This document shows positions 35,360 to 48,509 of a DNA stretch of 64,000 nucleotides, piece after piece. This DNA is from Patescibacteria group bacterium (lineage in GTDB: Bacteria > Patescibacteriota > Patescibacteriia > Magasanikbacterales > GWA2-37-8). The notes beneath the pieces were generated by a model. That model saw only the letters and a program-made list of their open reading frames with translations, did not search any database and had not been told where the DNA came from. A program made the translations under genes and the position numbers. Where the stretch lies: positions 124,267-188,266 of the forward strand of contig JBAZNA010000001.1 of assembly GCA_041649475.1 (NCBI GenBank), read 5' to 3'. Numbering within the stretch: the stretch's first letter is position 1; every line of letters starts with the position of its first letter.

Positions 35360-37648
35360 CTACCCGAGCTGCCCGTAGATCAAGGTCCGCTTGACGAAGG
35401 TTTCGAGCTCAATCGGGTTCACCACCGGCGGCGCTCCTGGCCCGTTGTGGTGGAACTGCTTCGAGTAGTCGTTGATGTCCGTGAGCTCCTGCACACGCGG
35501 TTGCAGACCCACGAGGAGAGTGCCGGCGCCCGCGTTGCGGATTCTGCCGATGAAGTCGCCCAGGTAGTCCGTCGCCGGAAACGCGTCCGGGAACCGGCCC
35601 CGCAGCTGGCCCTCCAGGTACGGCCGGATCGCCCGGGCAATGGTCAGAAGGTCCCCACCAGTAGAGAGTCCCTCGTCCAGGTAGCGGCGCAGGAGGAAGA
35701 AGTCGCGGTAGGCCGCCTCCAGGCACGCCTTGAGGATGTCCCACTCCTTGATGGCGTAGGTCGCGCCGTCGCGTGTGACCTGCAGGGACTTGATCGTGGC
35801 CTTGTCGATGTTGGTGTCGTAGATGTGCTTCAGGAAGTCCGCGTCATGCGACAGGACCACCACCTGCTTGGCCTGACTGCCCAGGCGGCAAATCTCCTGC
35901 TGGGTGCAGGCTGTACGGAACACGTCGAGGCTCGAGAGCGGGTCATCGAGGACGATGACCTTCTGCGCCAGCAACGGGTCCTGCTCGAGCCGCGCCAAAA
36001 AGAATGCCAGCGCCAGGGTGCTCTTGTCGCCAGAGCTTAGGGCCGTCCGGAAGCACGGCGTGCCGCGGGGTGTCTTCTCGTCCCCTAGGTTGACGGGGGT
36101 GTTGTTGATGGAAATTTGGTAGGTGGAGCTGGCCCGGCCGCCCTGGAAGCTCGGCTTGGTACCGGTGAGGGTAAAGTTGGCGCCGAACTTCTGCAGCAGG
36201 CGGTTGATCGCCTGCTCGTACTTCTGGAGGATCGAGCCGGCGATGGTCTCCAGCTGGCTACGCGTCTTCTTCTTCTCGTCCTCGTAGTTCTTCTTCTGCT
36301 GGCGCCCGGCGGTCAGCTTGGCGCACAGGTCAGTGGCCTCGGGCTGCTGCCGGATCTGCATGTTGCGGAACCGGCGCAGCTCCCGCTCCAGCACGTCCTC
36401 GCCGGTGGCCGCGGCCTGCTTCTTGATGTCGGCGATCTGCTCGTTCGCGCGCGCGATCTGCTCGTTGACCTTGCGCACGGCGGCCGCCGCCTCCTCGAAG
36501 TCGTGGAGGGCGGCCTCCAGGTGCTCATCCTTGGACGGGGGCTCCGACGGATTGGCCAGCCGGCGCTTGAGGGCGTCGCGCAGGACCTCGCGGACGTGCC
36601 GCCAGGCATGCTCAAGCGCGTCAGTGGAACAGGTGGCGTAGCTCAGGTCGGCCAAATCTGCCCAGCCGCGGATCAGGCCGTCGTTGGCCAGCACTCGCTT
36701 CTGGACGCCGTGGAGCGCGTCGTCGCCGAGCGTCTGGTCCAGGGCGTTGATGGCTCGCTCGATGAGGACGACGTGGTCGCGGTACTTGGTCGAGAAGTAG
36801 TCGCGCAGGAGGGCGACCAGCTCGACCTTCTCGGTGGACTGGGTGCAGAACGGACAGGCGTGGTCCTCCTTCAAGTACTCGAGGCCTTGCCGCAACCACT
36901 GCTCGCCGCGACCGTCGAGGTCGTCCTGGATGTGCTGACGGACCAGCTTGTCGCCGCCCTCCGTCTTGCGCTCGACCGCGACCTGGAGGATGTCGATGGA
37001 CTTGGCCGGAACCTCAGGCACCGTGAGCGGGTCCAGCTCGCGCCGAGCGACGATCTCCCTCGACTTGCGGACTGCGCTCAGGCGAGTGGTCCGCTCGCTG
37101 ATCTTCTCCTCGAGCCCGTTCTCGGGGACGAGCGTGAGGAACTCGTCGACGCTGAACGGCGCCTGGATGATTCCCCGCAGCTTCGTCTCCAGCTCGGTTA
37201 TGTCGTGCGCCGCGGTCCGGCTCTTGGTGTCGATCTCGTCCACCTGGTGCGCGAGCGCGACCGCAGCCGCGCCCACCACGACCTCGTAGAGGTGCTTGCG
37301 GTGCTCGGACTCGACGCGGTCGCCGGTGTAGACGTTCTCGTTGATGAAGGTCGAGTCGAATATCTCCAGGTCGGGCATGGTCTGCGACCACTGGCCGCCC
37401 TGGAAGCTGGCGTTGCCCGCCGCCAGCCGGATCTCGACCGCCGGCGAGCCGTTCACGCCGAGCGTAGCGCGCTCCTGGACGTAGGCCGGGTCCCCGGTCT
37501 GCAGGGAGCGCAGGATGCCGGCGAGAGTGGTCTTCCCGTGCCCGTTGTCGCCGTAGATGAGGGTCAGCCGCTTGAACTGAACGTCTGCCTTGGCTGCCAG
37601 TTTGACGAACCGACCGACGTTCTCCACCTTGATGATTTTCTCTATCAT
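35360..37648 (-). CDS. AAA_13-family ATPase with long coiled-coil, RloC/PrrC-like (putative anticodon-nuclease or abortive-infection protein), divergent from hsdM
   Basis: N-terminal KIIKVENVGRFVK...LIYGDNGHGKTTL (AAA_13), extensive coiled-coil, conserved C-terminal domain; genomic linkage to the type I R-M. Confidence 0.6.
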   Translation of the reverse strand: MIEKIIKVENVGRFVKLAAKADVQFKRLTLIYGDNGHGKTTLAGILRSLQTGDPAYVQERATLGVNGSPAVEIRLAAGNASFQGGQWSQTMPDLEIFDSTFINENVYTGDRVESEHRKHLYEVVVGAAAVALAHQVDEIDTKSRTAAHDITELETKLRGIIQAPFSVDEFLTLVPENGLEEKISERTTRLSAVRKSREIVARRELDPLTVPEVPAKSIDILQVAVERKTEGGDKLVRQHIQDDLDGRGEQWLRQGLEYLKEDHACPFCTQSTEKVELVALLRDYFSTKYRDHVVLIERAINALDQTLGDDALHGVQKRVLANDGLIRGWADLADLSYATCSTDALEHAWRHVREVLRDALKRRLANPSEPPSKDEHLEAALHDFEEAAAAVRKVNEQIARANEQIADIKKQAAATGEDVLERELRRFRNMQIRQQPEATDLCAKLTAGRQQKKNYEDEKKKTRSQLETIAGSILQKYEQAINRLLQKFGANFTLTGTKPSFQGGRASSTYQISINNTPVNLGDEKTPRGTPCFRTALSSGDKSTLALAFFLARLEQDPLLAQKVIVLDDPLSSLDVFRTACTQQEICRLGSQAKQVVVLSHDADFLKHIYDTNIDKATIKSLQVTRDGATYAIKEWDILKACLEAAYRDFFLLRRYLDEGLSTGGDLLTIARAIRPYLEGQLRGRFPDAFPATDYLGDFIGRIRNAGAGTLLVGLQPRVQELTDINDYSKQFHHNGPGAPPVVNPIELETFVKRTLIYGQLG

Positions 37649-37756
37649 ATTAGTATTCTCAATATGTTAGCCTGCGGGCCTGGGTTCTTTGCTTAGCTCT
37701 GGGATTTCTTGCCAGGCCCTTGACGTTATCTTTGCTATAACATAAACTACAATCAT

Positions 37757-39568
37757 ATGTCAACCACAACCTCATCATTCGGCGATCGCGTCCAGCTCCT
37801 GCGCAAGCGCCTGAACCTCAGCCAGGAGCAGCTCGGGACGCGGCTGGACGTCTCCTTCGCAACCATCAGCCGCTGGGAGTCGGGCAAGTCGCAACCGCAG
37901 AAAGCCCAGCTCGCGACCTTCGACCGTCTCTGGGAGGAGACCGGCCTAGACCACGACGAAGCCGCTACGACCGCGACAACAGGCCAGCGTCGCCGTCGCG
38001 GCGTTCATCGCAGCTCCGTGCTCAGCAACAAAAGCATGGAGCAGATGCTGTGGGACGCCGCCTGCTCGATCCGAGGCGAGAAAGACGCCCCCAAGTTCAA
38101 GGATTACCTTCTGCCGCTTCTTTTCATCAAGCGGCTATCCGATGTCTTCGACGACGAGGTCGAGCGCCTGACACAGACCTACGGCGACCGCGACACGGCC
38201 CTCACCGTGCTGGAAGCCGATCACGAGCTCGTCCGCTTCTACCTCCCGCCCGAGGCGCGCTGGGCCGTCGTCAGCGGACGCGAGCCCTTCGACTGGCCTG
38301 CCACCCTCCGGCCGAAATCACTCGGCGAGCAACTCACCACCACCATCCGCGCCGTCGTGAAGCACAACCCCGAACTCGCCGGCGTCATCGACATCGTCGA
38401 CTACAACGAGACGCGCAACGGAGAGCGCGAGATCAGCGACGCCGCTCTTAAGGGCGTCGTTGAGACGTTCTCCGATCCCCGCTACCGCCTCGGCCTCCAC
38501 AACGTCGAGCCCGACTTCCTCGGCCGCTGCTACGAGTACCTCCTCCGGAAGTTCGCCGAGGGCCAAGGCCAGAGCGCGGGCGAATTCTTCACGCCGCGTG
38601 AGGTTGGTTTTCTCATGGCGGAGATCATGCGGCCCCGCCCGGGCGAGGAGTGCTACGACTATGCCTGCGGCTCATTCGGCTTGCTCATTAAGCTCCAGCT
38701 CGTTTGCCGTCGTCTGAACCCCCTCAGCAAGGTGCCACTACAGCTCTACGGCCAGGAGCTCACCGGCTCCAGCTTCGCCATCGCCTGCATGAACCGCATC
38801 ATCCACGACATGGAGGGCCAGGTCCTCCGTGGCGACTCGATGCGCAACCCGAAGTTCAGGGATGCTGACGGTCACCTCAAGAAGTTCGACGTCGTGGTCT
38901 CAAATCCAATGTGGAACCAGCCGTTCGACCCCGAGGTGTACGAGAACGATCAGTTTGGCCGCTTCGTTGAGCACGGAGGCATCACCACCAGCAAGGCCGA
39001 CTGGGCCTGGCTCCAGCACACGGTTACGTCATTGAAGGACAACGGACGCGCCGCTGTGGTCCTCGATACCGGCGCAGTCACACGCGGCAGCGGCAGCAAG
39101 AACGAGGACAAGGAACGCAACATCCGCAAGTGGTTCGTCGAGCACGACCTGATTGACGGTGTGATCCTCCTCCCTGACAACCTCTTCTACAACACCATGG
39201 CCGCCGGGGTGATCCTTATCCTTTCCAAACGGAAGCCCAAAGAGCGACGTGGAAAGATCGTCCTTGTCAACGCTAGCAACGAGTTCACCAAGGGCACACC
39301 GAAGAACTACCTCACCGACGAGGCCGTTCAGAAGATCGGGGCTGCGTTCGTGGCAGGGAAGCCCGTTGAGGGCTTCGTGGCAGTCATTACCAACGAGGAA
39401 GCGCTGGCAGACGACTACAACCTATCGCCGTCGCGTTTTGTGCAATTCAACGGCACACGTGGCACAAATCGACCCTTGCCAGAGATTGTGGCCGACCTAG
39501 ACGCCATCGATGCCGAGCGAACGCGAATCGACAAGGAACTGCGGCGGGTTCTGGAGCAGCTACTATGA
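37757..39568 (+). CDS. hsdM: Type I restriction-modification N6-adenine DNA methyltransferase HsdM, with an N-terminal XRE-type HTH extension
   Basis: First about 65 aa, [31 protein letters not shown] (HTH); then the HsdM N-domain ([11 protein letters not shown]...[15 protein letters not shown]), SAM motifs, NPMWNQPF catalytic motif. Confidence 0.9.
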   Translation: MSTTTSSFGDRVQLLRKRLNLSQEQLGTRLDVSFATISRWESGKSQPQKAQLATFDRLWEETGLDHDEAATTATTGQRRRRGVHRSSVLSNKSMEQMLWDAACSIRGEKDAPKFKDYLLPLLFIKRLSDVFDDEVERLTQTYGDRDTALTVLEADHELVRFYLPPEARWAVVSGREPFDWPATLRPKSLGEQLTTTIRAVVKHNPELAGVIDIVDYNETRNGEREISDAALKGVVETFSDPRYRLGLHNVEPDFLGRCYEYLLRKFAEGQGQSAGEFFTPREVGFLMAEIMRPRPGEECYDYACGSFGLLIKLQLVCRRLNPLSKVPLQLYGQELTGSSFAIACMNRIIHDMEGQVLRGDSMRNPKFRDADGHLKKFDVVVSNPMWNQPFDPEVYENDQFGRFVEHGGITTSKADWAWLQHTVTSLKDNGRAAVVLDTGAVTRGSGSKNEDKERNIRKWFVEHDLIDGVILLPDNLFYNTMAAGVILILSKRKPKERRGKIVLVNASNEFTKGTPKNYLTDEAVQKIGAAFVAGKPVEGFVAVITNEEALADDYNLSPSRFVQFNGTRGTNRPLPEIVADLDAIDAERTRIDKELRRVLEQLL

Positions 39569-40857
39569 CCAACGCTGCTCCCAAGGGATGGACAGAAGTA
39601 CCACTCGGAGAGATCGCCACCTGCCAGGGTGGATCAGCATTCTCTCCCGCGTTGCAGGGGCGCACTGCCGGTGACATTCCCTTCTTCAAAGTGTCCGACA
39701 TGAACCTGCCAGGAAACGGTTGGTTCATGCGTCGGGCAAACAACTACGTAAGCCTCTCCGACACGTCCCGTATCCTCGGGGCAGAGAAGCCATCTGGCTC
39801 TGTCATATTTCCCAAAGTAGGCGCTGCCGTGCATACGAATAAGAAGCGCCAGCTCACACAGGATTCCTTCGTAGACAACAACGTCATGGCCGTATGGTCA
39901 AAGGACCCCGAGCGCTGTCGTCCAGGATTCCTTTACTTGTATTTTCTAACGGTTGATCTCTCGACGATGTCCAACCCCGGACCCCTGCCGTCAATAAACA
40001 ACAGCAAGGTCTATGAGCAGACTATCCGTCTCCCTACGTCACTTGAGCAGGACCGCATCTGCGCCACGATGCTCACCATTAGACGCGCGATCGAGGCCGA
40101 GGAGAAGGCGATCACACTTATCCGCGAAGTGAAACAGGCCGCGCTGCTGCGCCTCTTCAGTCAGGGACTGCGCGGTGAGTCACTGCGTGACACCGAGATC
40201 GGTCTTGTGCCAGCCAGCTGGGATATTCAGCCCTTCGCCGAGCTTCGCGAGTTCTTGCAGTACGGGACCTCCGTGAAGTGCGACTATGCGCTAGAAGGGA
40301 ATCCTGTCCTGCGCATCCCGAACGTGGTTGACGGTCGAGTTGATTACCGTGACCTGAAGAGATGTCGCCTCGACAGCGATACGGTCGCCTCTCTGTTGCT
40401 CGAACCAGGCGACATTCTGTTCATTCGGACGAACGGAGTGCGCGAACGGGTGGGCACCTGCGCAGTCTACGACGGCGTTCCGGAACAGGCGCTATTCGCC
40501 TCCTACCTCATTCGGGCCCGACCTAAGCGCGGTGTTCTCAACCCCCAATACCTCCAGTACTTCACGGCAACACGCACAGGCGCATCCCAGCTCGCCGGAC
40601 GATCCTCACCGGCTGCAGACGGCAAGTTCAATATCAACACGAAGTCCATCGATGCCGTGCTAGTCCCGATCCCGTCGGAGGCCGAGCAGAACGACATCGT
40701 CGGCGTGCTCGAGACGATCGATGCTGCCGCAACCTCCTATGAACGCCGGCGAGCGACCCTCTCGGAGCTATTTGCCACGCTTCTCGAGAAGCTCATGACC
40801 GCCGACCTTCGCGTGGACCACCTCAACATCGACACTTCGCTAATGACGGCAGCCTAA
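39565..40857 (+). CDS. hsdS: Type I R-M specificity subunit HsdS (two target-recognition domains)
   Basis: ATGA overlap with hsdM; duplicated TRD architecture with conserved central and C-terminal helices. Confidence 0.85.
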   Translation: MTNAAPKGWTEVPLGEIATCQGGSAFSPALQGRTAGDIPFFKVSDMNLPGNGWFMRRANNYVSLSDTSRILGAEKPSGSVIFPKVGAAVHTNKKRQLTQDSFVDNNVMAVWSKDPERCRPGFLYLYFLTVDLSTMSNPGPLPSINNSKVYEQTIRLPTSLEQDRICATMLTIRRAIEAEEKAITLIREVKQAALLRLFSQGLRGESLRDTEIGLVPASWDIQPFAELREFLQYGTSVKCDYALEGNPVLRIPNVVDGRVDYRDLKRCRLDSDTVASLLLEPGDILFIRTNGVRERVGTCAVYDGVPEQALFASYLIRARPKRGVLNPQYLQYFTATRTGASQLAGRSSPAADGKFNINTKSIDAVLVPIPSEAEQNDIVGVLETIDAAATSYERRRATLSELFATLLEKLMTADLRVDHLNIDTSLMTAA

Positions 40858-40859
40858 CT

Positions 40860-43772
<2,913 letters not shown>

Positions 43773-43777
43773 CACGT

Positions 43778-44116
43778 ATGCGCACTCCCGTGACAACCGA
43801 AGTGAAGATTGAGTTCAAGGCCAGGGTTCGTGCCTGGGCCGTTCGCATTCGAGTTGAGCCAAAGCAGGTCCGTGTCCAGGCCATGAGGCGCAAGTGGGCA
43901 TCATGCTCGAAGCGCGGATGGTGTACGTTCGCGCACGACCTGCTCCACGAGTCACGTCCCTTCCAGGACCACGTTATCGTCCACGAACTACTCCATCTGC
44001 GATACCGCAATCACGGGAAGCTCTACCGGGCCGCCCTTCGTTCTTATCTCTCGCCGGCCAAAGCAATGCACCTCGACGTTGTCGGGGACCGCTGCCTTGT
44101 CCGCCGGGAGTCGTGA
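43778..44116 (+). CDS. DUF45/YgjP-family metal-dependent hydrolase (short form)
   Basis: WASCSKRG...VIVHELLHLRYRNHGKLYRAAL (HExxH); typical position downstream of hsdR. Confidence 0.6.
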   Translation: MRTPVTTEVKIEFKARVRAWAVRIRVEPKQVRVQAMRRKWASCSKRGWCTFAHDLLHESRPFQDHVIVHELLHLRYRNHGKLYRAALRSYLSPAKAMHLDVVGDRCLVRRES

Positions 44117-44125
44117 GGCCTTCCT

Positions 44126-45346
44126 ATGAAAGAGTACCTCTTCTGTTCCCGAAACCTGTCCGACGTGATGGAGGACAGGCTCCAGAAGATGAAGCGCGAA
44201 CTGGAAGACTACGCGCCTGATCGGCTCCTCAACACCTCGACTGAGGATCTCGTGGAGTACTGTGGTAATGAGTACGGGATGGAGCCCGTGGTTTTGCACG
44301 AGGAACAAACCGAATGCGATCAGCATGAGCATCAATTGGACGTGAGCCAAGACCCTAACAGGTTCATTTTCGATTCGAGCCGTCCCTTCTATGTGCCGTC
44401 CTACCTTTTCGAATTCTTCGTGCCGTTCAGCGGTGATCCCGAGGTCCTCGAATCGCGGACGATGAGCTACGATATGAACCCGCCACGCGCCGAGATTCGT
44501 GAAGGCCAGCTGAGGTTCGCGGCTATCCTCGAGAAGCCAGACGGCGAGGCTGCCCGTGAGCAGTTCCACAATGAACTAAAGAAAGTGCGAACCTACCTGT
44601 CGCGTGGTGAGGCGACCATCAGCGATTACAACAAGCGGGTGAGGACGACATCTCAGGCGCAGATTGAGGCACGCAAGCAGCGGCTGCTGGCGGGAAGAAA
44701 CGTAGCCGCGTCCCTCGGATACCCCATGCGGGTCCGAGCCGATGCTCCCCTCACGTACGCTGCCCCTGCCATTAGAAGGAAGATGGTTGCTCCACCGCGG
44801 GCTAGTTCGGGAGCGTTCTCTCCTGAACCCGTGATGCTAATTGAAGACTACGAGCATATCCTGGGCATCATCGAGACTATGGTGCTTATGTTCGAGCGCA
44901 GTCCGGCGACCTTCAAGAACATGAAGGAGGAGGATCTGCGAAATCACATCCTGGTGCAGCTCAACGGCCACTATGAGGGCGCGGCGACTGGTGAGACGTT
45001 TAATGGTGGCGGGAAGACGGACATCCTCGTCCGAGTCGATAACAGGAATGTCTTCATCGGCGAGTGTAAGTTCTGGGCGGGACCGGTCACGCTCGCTGAG
45101 ACTATTGACCAGGTTTTCGGGTATGCGTCCTGGAGAGACACCAAGATCGCGATCATCTTGTTCAACCGCAACAAGGACACGTCGGCAGTGCTGGCGAAGA
45201 TCCCCGACGCACTCAGAAGCCACGCGAATTTCAAACGGCTCGAGAAGAGCGCCGCAGAGACGCGCTTCCGAGCGGTCTTGCATCAGCCGGGAGACGTAAA
45301 TCGCGAGGTAAGCTTGACCGTGCTGGTGTTCGATGTGCCTGCTTGA
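44126..45346 (+). CDS. Hypothetical protein with C-terminal PD-(D/E)xK nuclease-like motif
   Basis: GGGKTDILVRVDNRNVFIGECKFW (D...ECK); N-terminal region unrecognised. Confidence 0.5.
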   Translation: MKEYLFCSRNLSDVMEDRLQKMKRELEDYAPDRLLNTSTEDLVEYCGNEYGMEPVVLHEEQTECDQHEHQLDVSQDPNRFIFDSSRPFYVPSYLFEFFVPFSGDPEVLESRTMSYDMNPPRAEIREGQLRFAAILEKPDGEAAREQFHNELKKVRTYLSRGEATISDYNKRVRTTSQAQIEARKQRLLAGRNVAASLGYPMRVRADAPLTYAAPAIRRKMVAPPRASSGAFSPEPVMLIEDYEHILGIIETMVLMFERSPATFKNMKEEDLRNHILVQLNGHYEGAATGETFNGGGKTDILVRVDNRNVFIGECKFWAGPVTLAETIDQVFGYASWRDTKIAIILFNRNKDTSAVLAKIPDALRSHANFKRLEKSAAETRFRAVLHQPGDVNREVSLTVLVFDVPA

Positions 45347-45380
45347 GGCTGAGCGATTGCGATGGGCAACGAGAGTAGCA

Positions 45381-45488
45381 GGGTTCTAAGGCAGTCCCGA
45401 CATGCCCGCATCGTGAGACACGCACAACACAAGCACTCGTCGGAGCGCAACACCAAGATCACCCCGGCACAGGGTGATCTTTCGTTTG
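45381..45488 (+). ncRNA. Candidate structured RNA / attenuator element, copy A (conserved boxes plus covarying hairpin plus U-tract)
   Basis: GGGTTCTAA...GCCCGCATCGTGAGACA...GATCACCC-N7-GGGTGATC-TTTCGTTTG; paralogous to 55024..55134 with compensatory stem changes. Confidence 0.4.
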
Positions 45489-45941
45489 CTCGAGCGCGAT
45501 GTTCCGAGGATACCGGCGAGCGCCACCGCAAAGTGTCGCCCTCCGGGCCCCCAGGGTGGACGGGACTCGAACCTGCCGACCAATCGACAAAAACACGTGT
45601 AGTGGCCGCGCCTTAGCTCCAAATTCGAGTCTCGCGCCCCTGTCTTTCCTGTCCAGCAGTTACACGCAGTTGCGACCAAGTGCGGCGGAGCTTGGGCAGC
45701 AGTTGGGCAGTGCTCTTTCCGCTGGGCGGCAGGTTGTTACGTCAGCCTGCGCCTTTCCCAATGGGGACTTGCGTCGGGAGCCGCCGTTCCCCGATAGCGC
45801 CCAGCCTTCATCCTGGCGGCCCAGGGATTCGCACACTCCCCTTGCAGTGGCGCCGCGAGATGCGTATCTTGGTGGAGTCAGGATTGGAGTCAGGATCCCG
45901 TTCCGCTACCGGCTGGCGCTCTGCGCCCAACGGAGGTCCTG

Positions 45942-46814
45942 ATGGCCAGCACACGTATAGTACTGTTCGATCAGATCACGCTCGACTTCGCAGTGGCACG
46001 TGATGGCGACGGCGGGTACGCAGTCCGTCGACTTCTCGCCCTCTTTCCCGATCGACGCTGCCATCCGCATCTCAGCCTGTTCGCGGCCCCTCGTTTCGAT
46101 CTGCACTTCACAGCCGCTGGTGGGGGGCGCGCGTTTCGACGTCGGTTGTTGGACTTGCCACTCCAGAACGTGGCCGAAGGCGCAGGTCGTCTCGCGGCTG
46201 AGACCGGCCGCAGGTTCGTGACCGCACTTGAGCCGGTCGACCTCGATGAGATTGAAGCGTGCGGCTGGATGGCGCACGCCGCTGATTCCCGCGTCCTACT
46301 GCGCTGGGCGCGGCGCGCCGCCCGGAGTCAGGAGGTCCACGTCAACATCGAGAGCGTCGTGGCTCTGACATCTCATGTTCTCGAAAATGCCGCTCGTCCC
46401 AGTGCGCTCAAATCACTCGCCGATGGCAATGGGCGTCGGTTCCTTGCGGCGCGCCATAGGTCCGACGCTGACCGGGACCTTCGACAGCTCCTGTGGTACC
46501 CGGATGGCTACTGGACGCAGAGCGAGCCGGATGGAAAGGCCCACATGTCGCGTCCGCCTGGATGGTACTGGTACAATTTCGGCTCGACTGACCAAGCCGG
46601 ACTGCAAGATCTACTGCCTGTAGAACTGCTCAAGCGCAAAGCTGCTGAGATTGGGAAGTACCTGCGACGCTTTCCCCGAAGGGGGACTAGCATCCCATCG
46701 GTTCCCCTGGACCAGATTCCACGCTTCGTCTCAACGATTGCCGGGTTCTATGCCGGCGACCTTCTCACTGCGCTACTGATCGCTCGCGAGGAGAACTCCT
46801 ACCCAACCCAATGA
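45942..46814 (+). CDS. Hypothetical protein
   Basis: 290-aa ORF, RBS GGAGG. Confidence 0.4.
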   Translation: MASTRIVLFDQITLDFAVARDGDGGYAVRRLLALFPDRRCHPHLSLFAAPRFDLHFTAAGGGRAFRRRLLDLPLQNVAEGAGRLAAETGRRFVTALEPVDLDEIEACGWMAHAADSRVLLRWARRAARSQEVHVNIESVVALTSHVLENAARPSALKSLADGNGRRFLAARHRSDADRDLRQLLWYPDGYWTQSEPDGKAHMSRPPGWYWYNFGSTDQAGLQDLLPVELLKRKAAEIGKYLRRFPRRGTSIPSVPLDQIPRFVSTIAGFYAGDLLTALLIAREENSYPTQ

Positions 46815-46862
46815 TCCGGCGAACTGGCGATTCCATCCCCACAGCGGCCTCGGAGGATCTGG

Positions 46863-47786
46863 ATGAGCACGACCAGCAAGCAACGGCGAGATCAGAAAAA
46901 GAAACGAGCCGCAAAGCGAAGCAATCGGCGTCGAGCCGAGGCGAGCGCCGCCCGGTCAGCGCGTCACACTACTGCGACCCTGTTCTCCGAACGGAAGAGA
47001 TACGTGGACCGATGGCGAGCCACCTCCGACCATCTGTTGGCCGGAGGCCATTATGCATGGATGGCGAGCTTCGTGCGGGGTTTCCCGCGCGTCCTGGAGA
47101 TCGGTACGGGTGTTGGCAATGGGACGATTGTGCTGCTTCGAGACGGCCATGCCGTCGTCTCGATTGATGAGAATCCGGATTGTCTCGCTGCCGCTATGGG
47201 GCGTATCCAACACGCAGGGTTCCCATGTGTTTGTTTGACCCGAGGAACGGTGCACCAGGAGATCCACGGGCATCGGATTGAATATGATGAAGTCGATACC
47301 GCGCCGGCCTCCGAGGGCGCGACCCTGATCGAAGCTGATCTCGTGAACGATCCACGCTGGGTATCGTGGGTCAAGGCACTACTCCCCTTTGACGCTGTCG
47401 TCTGTTGGCTGGCCGGGAGCCACAGAGCACGACCGCTCAACGTCGCCTTGACAGGGATCGGGAGTCCGCAGGAATTGCGTCTGTCCGTACAGAACCGCGC
47501 GTACACACTAGCAGACGAAGTTCTGCGCCCAGGTGGAGTGCTCCATGTGGTTGATCGCCGTGAGCCAATGGCAAACCATGAGCTTCTTCGATCGGACGCG
47601 CTTCGAGCTCATCGAGAGCAGGCTTCACCGACGAATCTTGTGATTGCGGATGATGCTATCGAGGAAAGACTGTATGAGGAACCGCGCGACGGCGGCGTGG
47701 AGATGATCGTATCTGCAGGCATATCAGGTCGCATGCCAGACATGACCCAGCTAGCGTTGACCTCGATAATCAGCAGAAGGATGTAG
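46863..47786 (+). CDS. Class I SAM-dependent methyltransferase with basic N-terminal tail
   Basis: VLEIGTGVGNGTIVL (motif I), acidic residue after beta2 (VVSIDENPD). Confidence 0.55.
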   Translation: MSTTSKQRRDQKKKRAAKRSNRRRAEASAARSARHTTATLFSERKRYVDRWRATSDHLLAGGHYAWMASFVRGFPRVLEIGTGVGNGTIVLLRDGHAVVSIDENPDCLAAAMGRIQHAGFPCVCLTRGTVHQEIHGHRIEYDEVDTAPASEGATLIEADLVNDPRWVSWVKALLPFDAVVCWLAGSHRARPLNVALTGIGSPQELRLSVQNRAYTLADEVLRPGGVLHVVDRREPMANHELLRSDALRAHREQASPTNLVIADDAIEERLYEEPRDGGVEMIVSAGISGRMPDMTQLALTSIISRRM

Positions 47787-48509
47787 CCTGGCTCGACCTG
47801 GCCTGGCATGGCCGCAGCGGGCCTGGTCGCGCTGACGATGCGGTCCCGGTCGACATCGAGTTGGCGGGATGATACTTGCTGCGGTCGCCCTGAGCGGCTG
47901 CGGCCCACTGCGCGGTGCCCTCGGCGCACAGGAGTTCCCGCTCATGCTCGACCGCGACGCGGACGTACGTCTTGACACGCGGTCTTGTCGGCCACGACCA
48001 GCGCATCGAGCCGGGCGGCGATCAGTGGCGAGTACGGTCTGGGACGCGGGCTAGTCAGCGCGTACGTACCTGCGCCGACAGCGCGACCGACGGCGTCGAC
48101 CCGTTCCAGCCTCGCGCTGTGTGGAAGCTTGCCCAAAACCACCCGCTAGTGTAAATGAGTGTCTCCATGCGCAGGTTCTACCCGCTCAACAGACCAGCCC
48201 CGCAGCATCCGGCTCTCGCTGTGCCGTCCGGCGCTGCATGGTCACGTGCGATACGGTCGAGGCTCTGCCGCTGATCGCGCCCGAGGAGAAGCATGATCCT
48301 CCCGCCAGAACCCCGAGTGGGTGATTTGTCTCATCGGTTGAGACCGCTTTCTCATGCGAAAAGCTGGGTCACGAGCTGATCTTCGAGCCTGCTTTCTCGG
48401 CGAAGGGAGTCTTGCGAAGGAATCAATCATGCGGGTCGTGCACGTTCTAGTCCGCGTTGTGCGCCGCCATATCGAGGTTTCAGCAGACCCTGCGGAGCAA
48501 TTCTAGGCA

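Noticed and set aside
36116-37696. 526-aa plus-strand ORF antisense to the RloC-like ATPase
   Set aside because: Leu/Gly/Arg/Asp-biased shadow ORF; the minus-strand gene has Walker motifs and an RBS.
45362-45616. Small ORFs (45362..45616 and 55056..55265) overlapping the duplicated structured elements, as possible micro-proteins
   Set aside because: Only the ends are conserved at amino-acid level and the middle is not, whereas nucleotide-level compensatory changes preserve a hairpin; RNA or terminator favoured, though in-frame conservation is noted.
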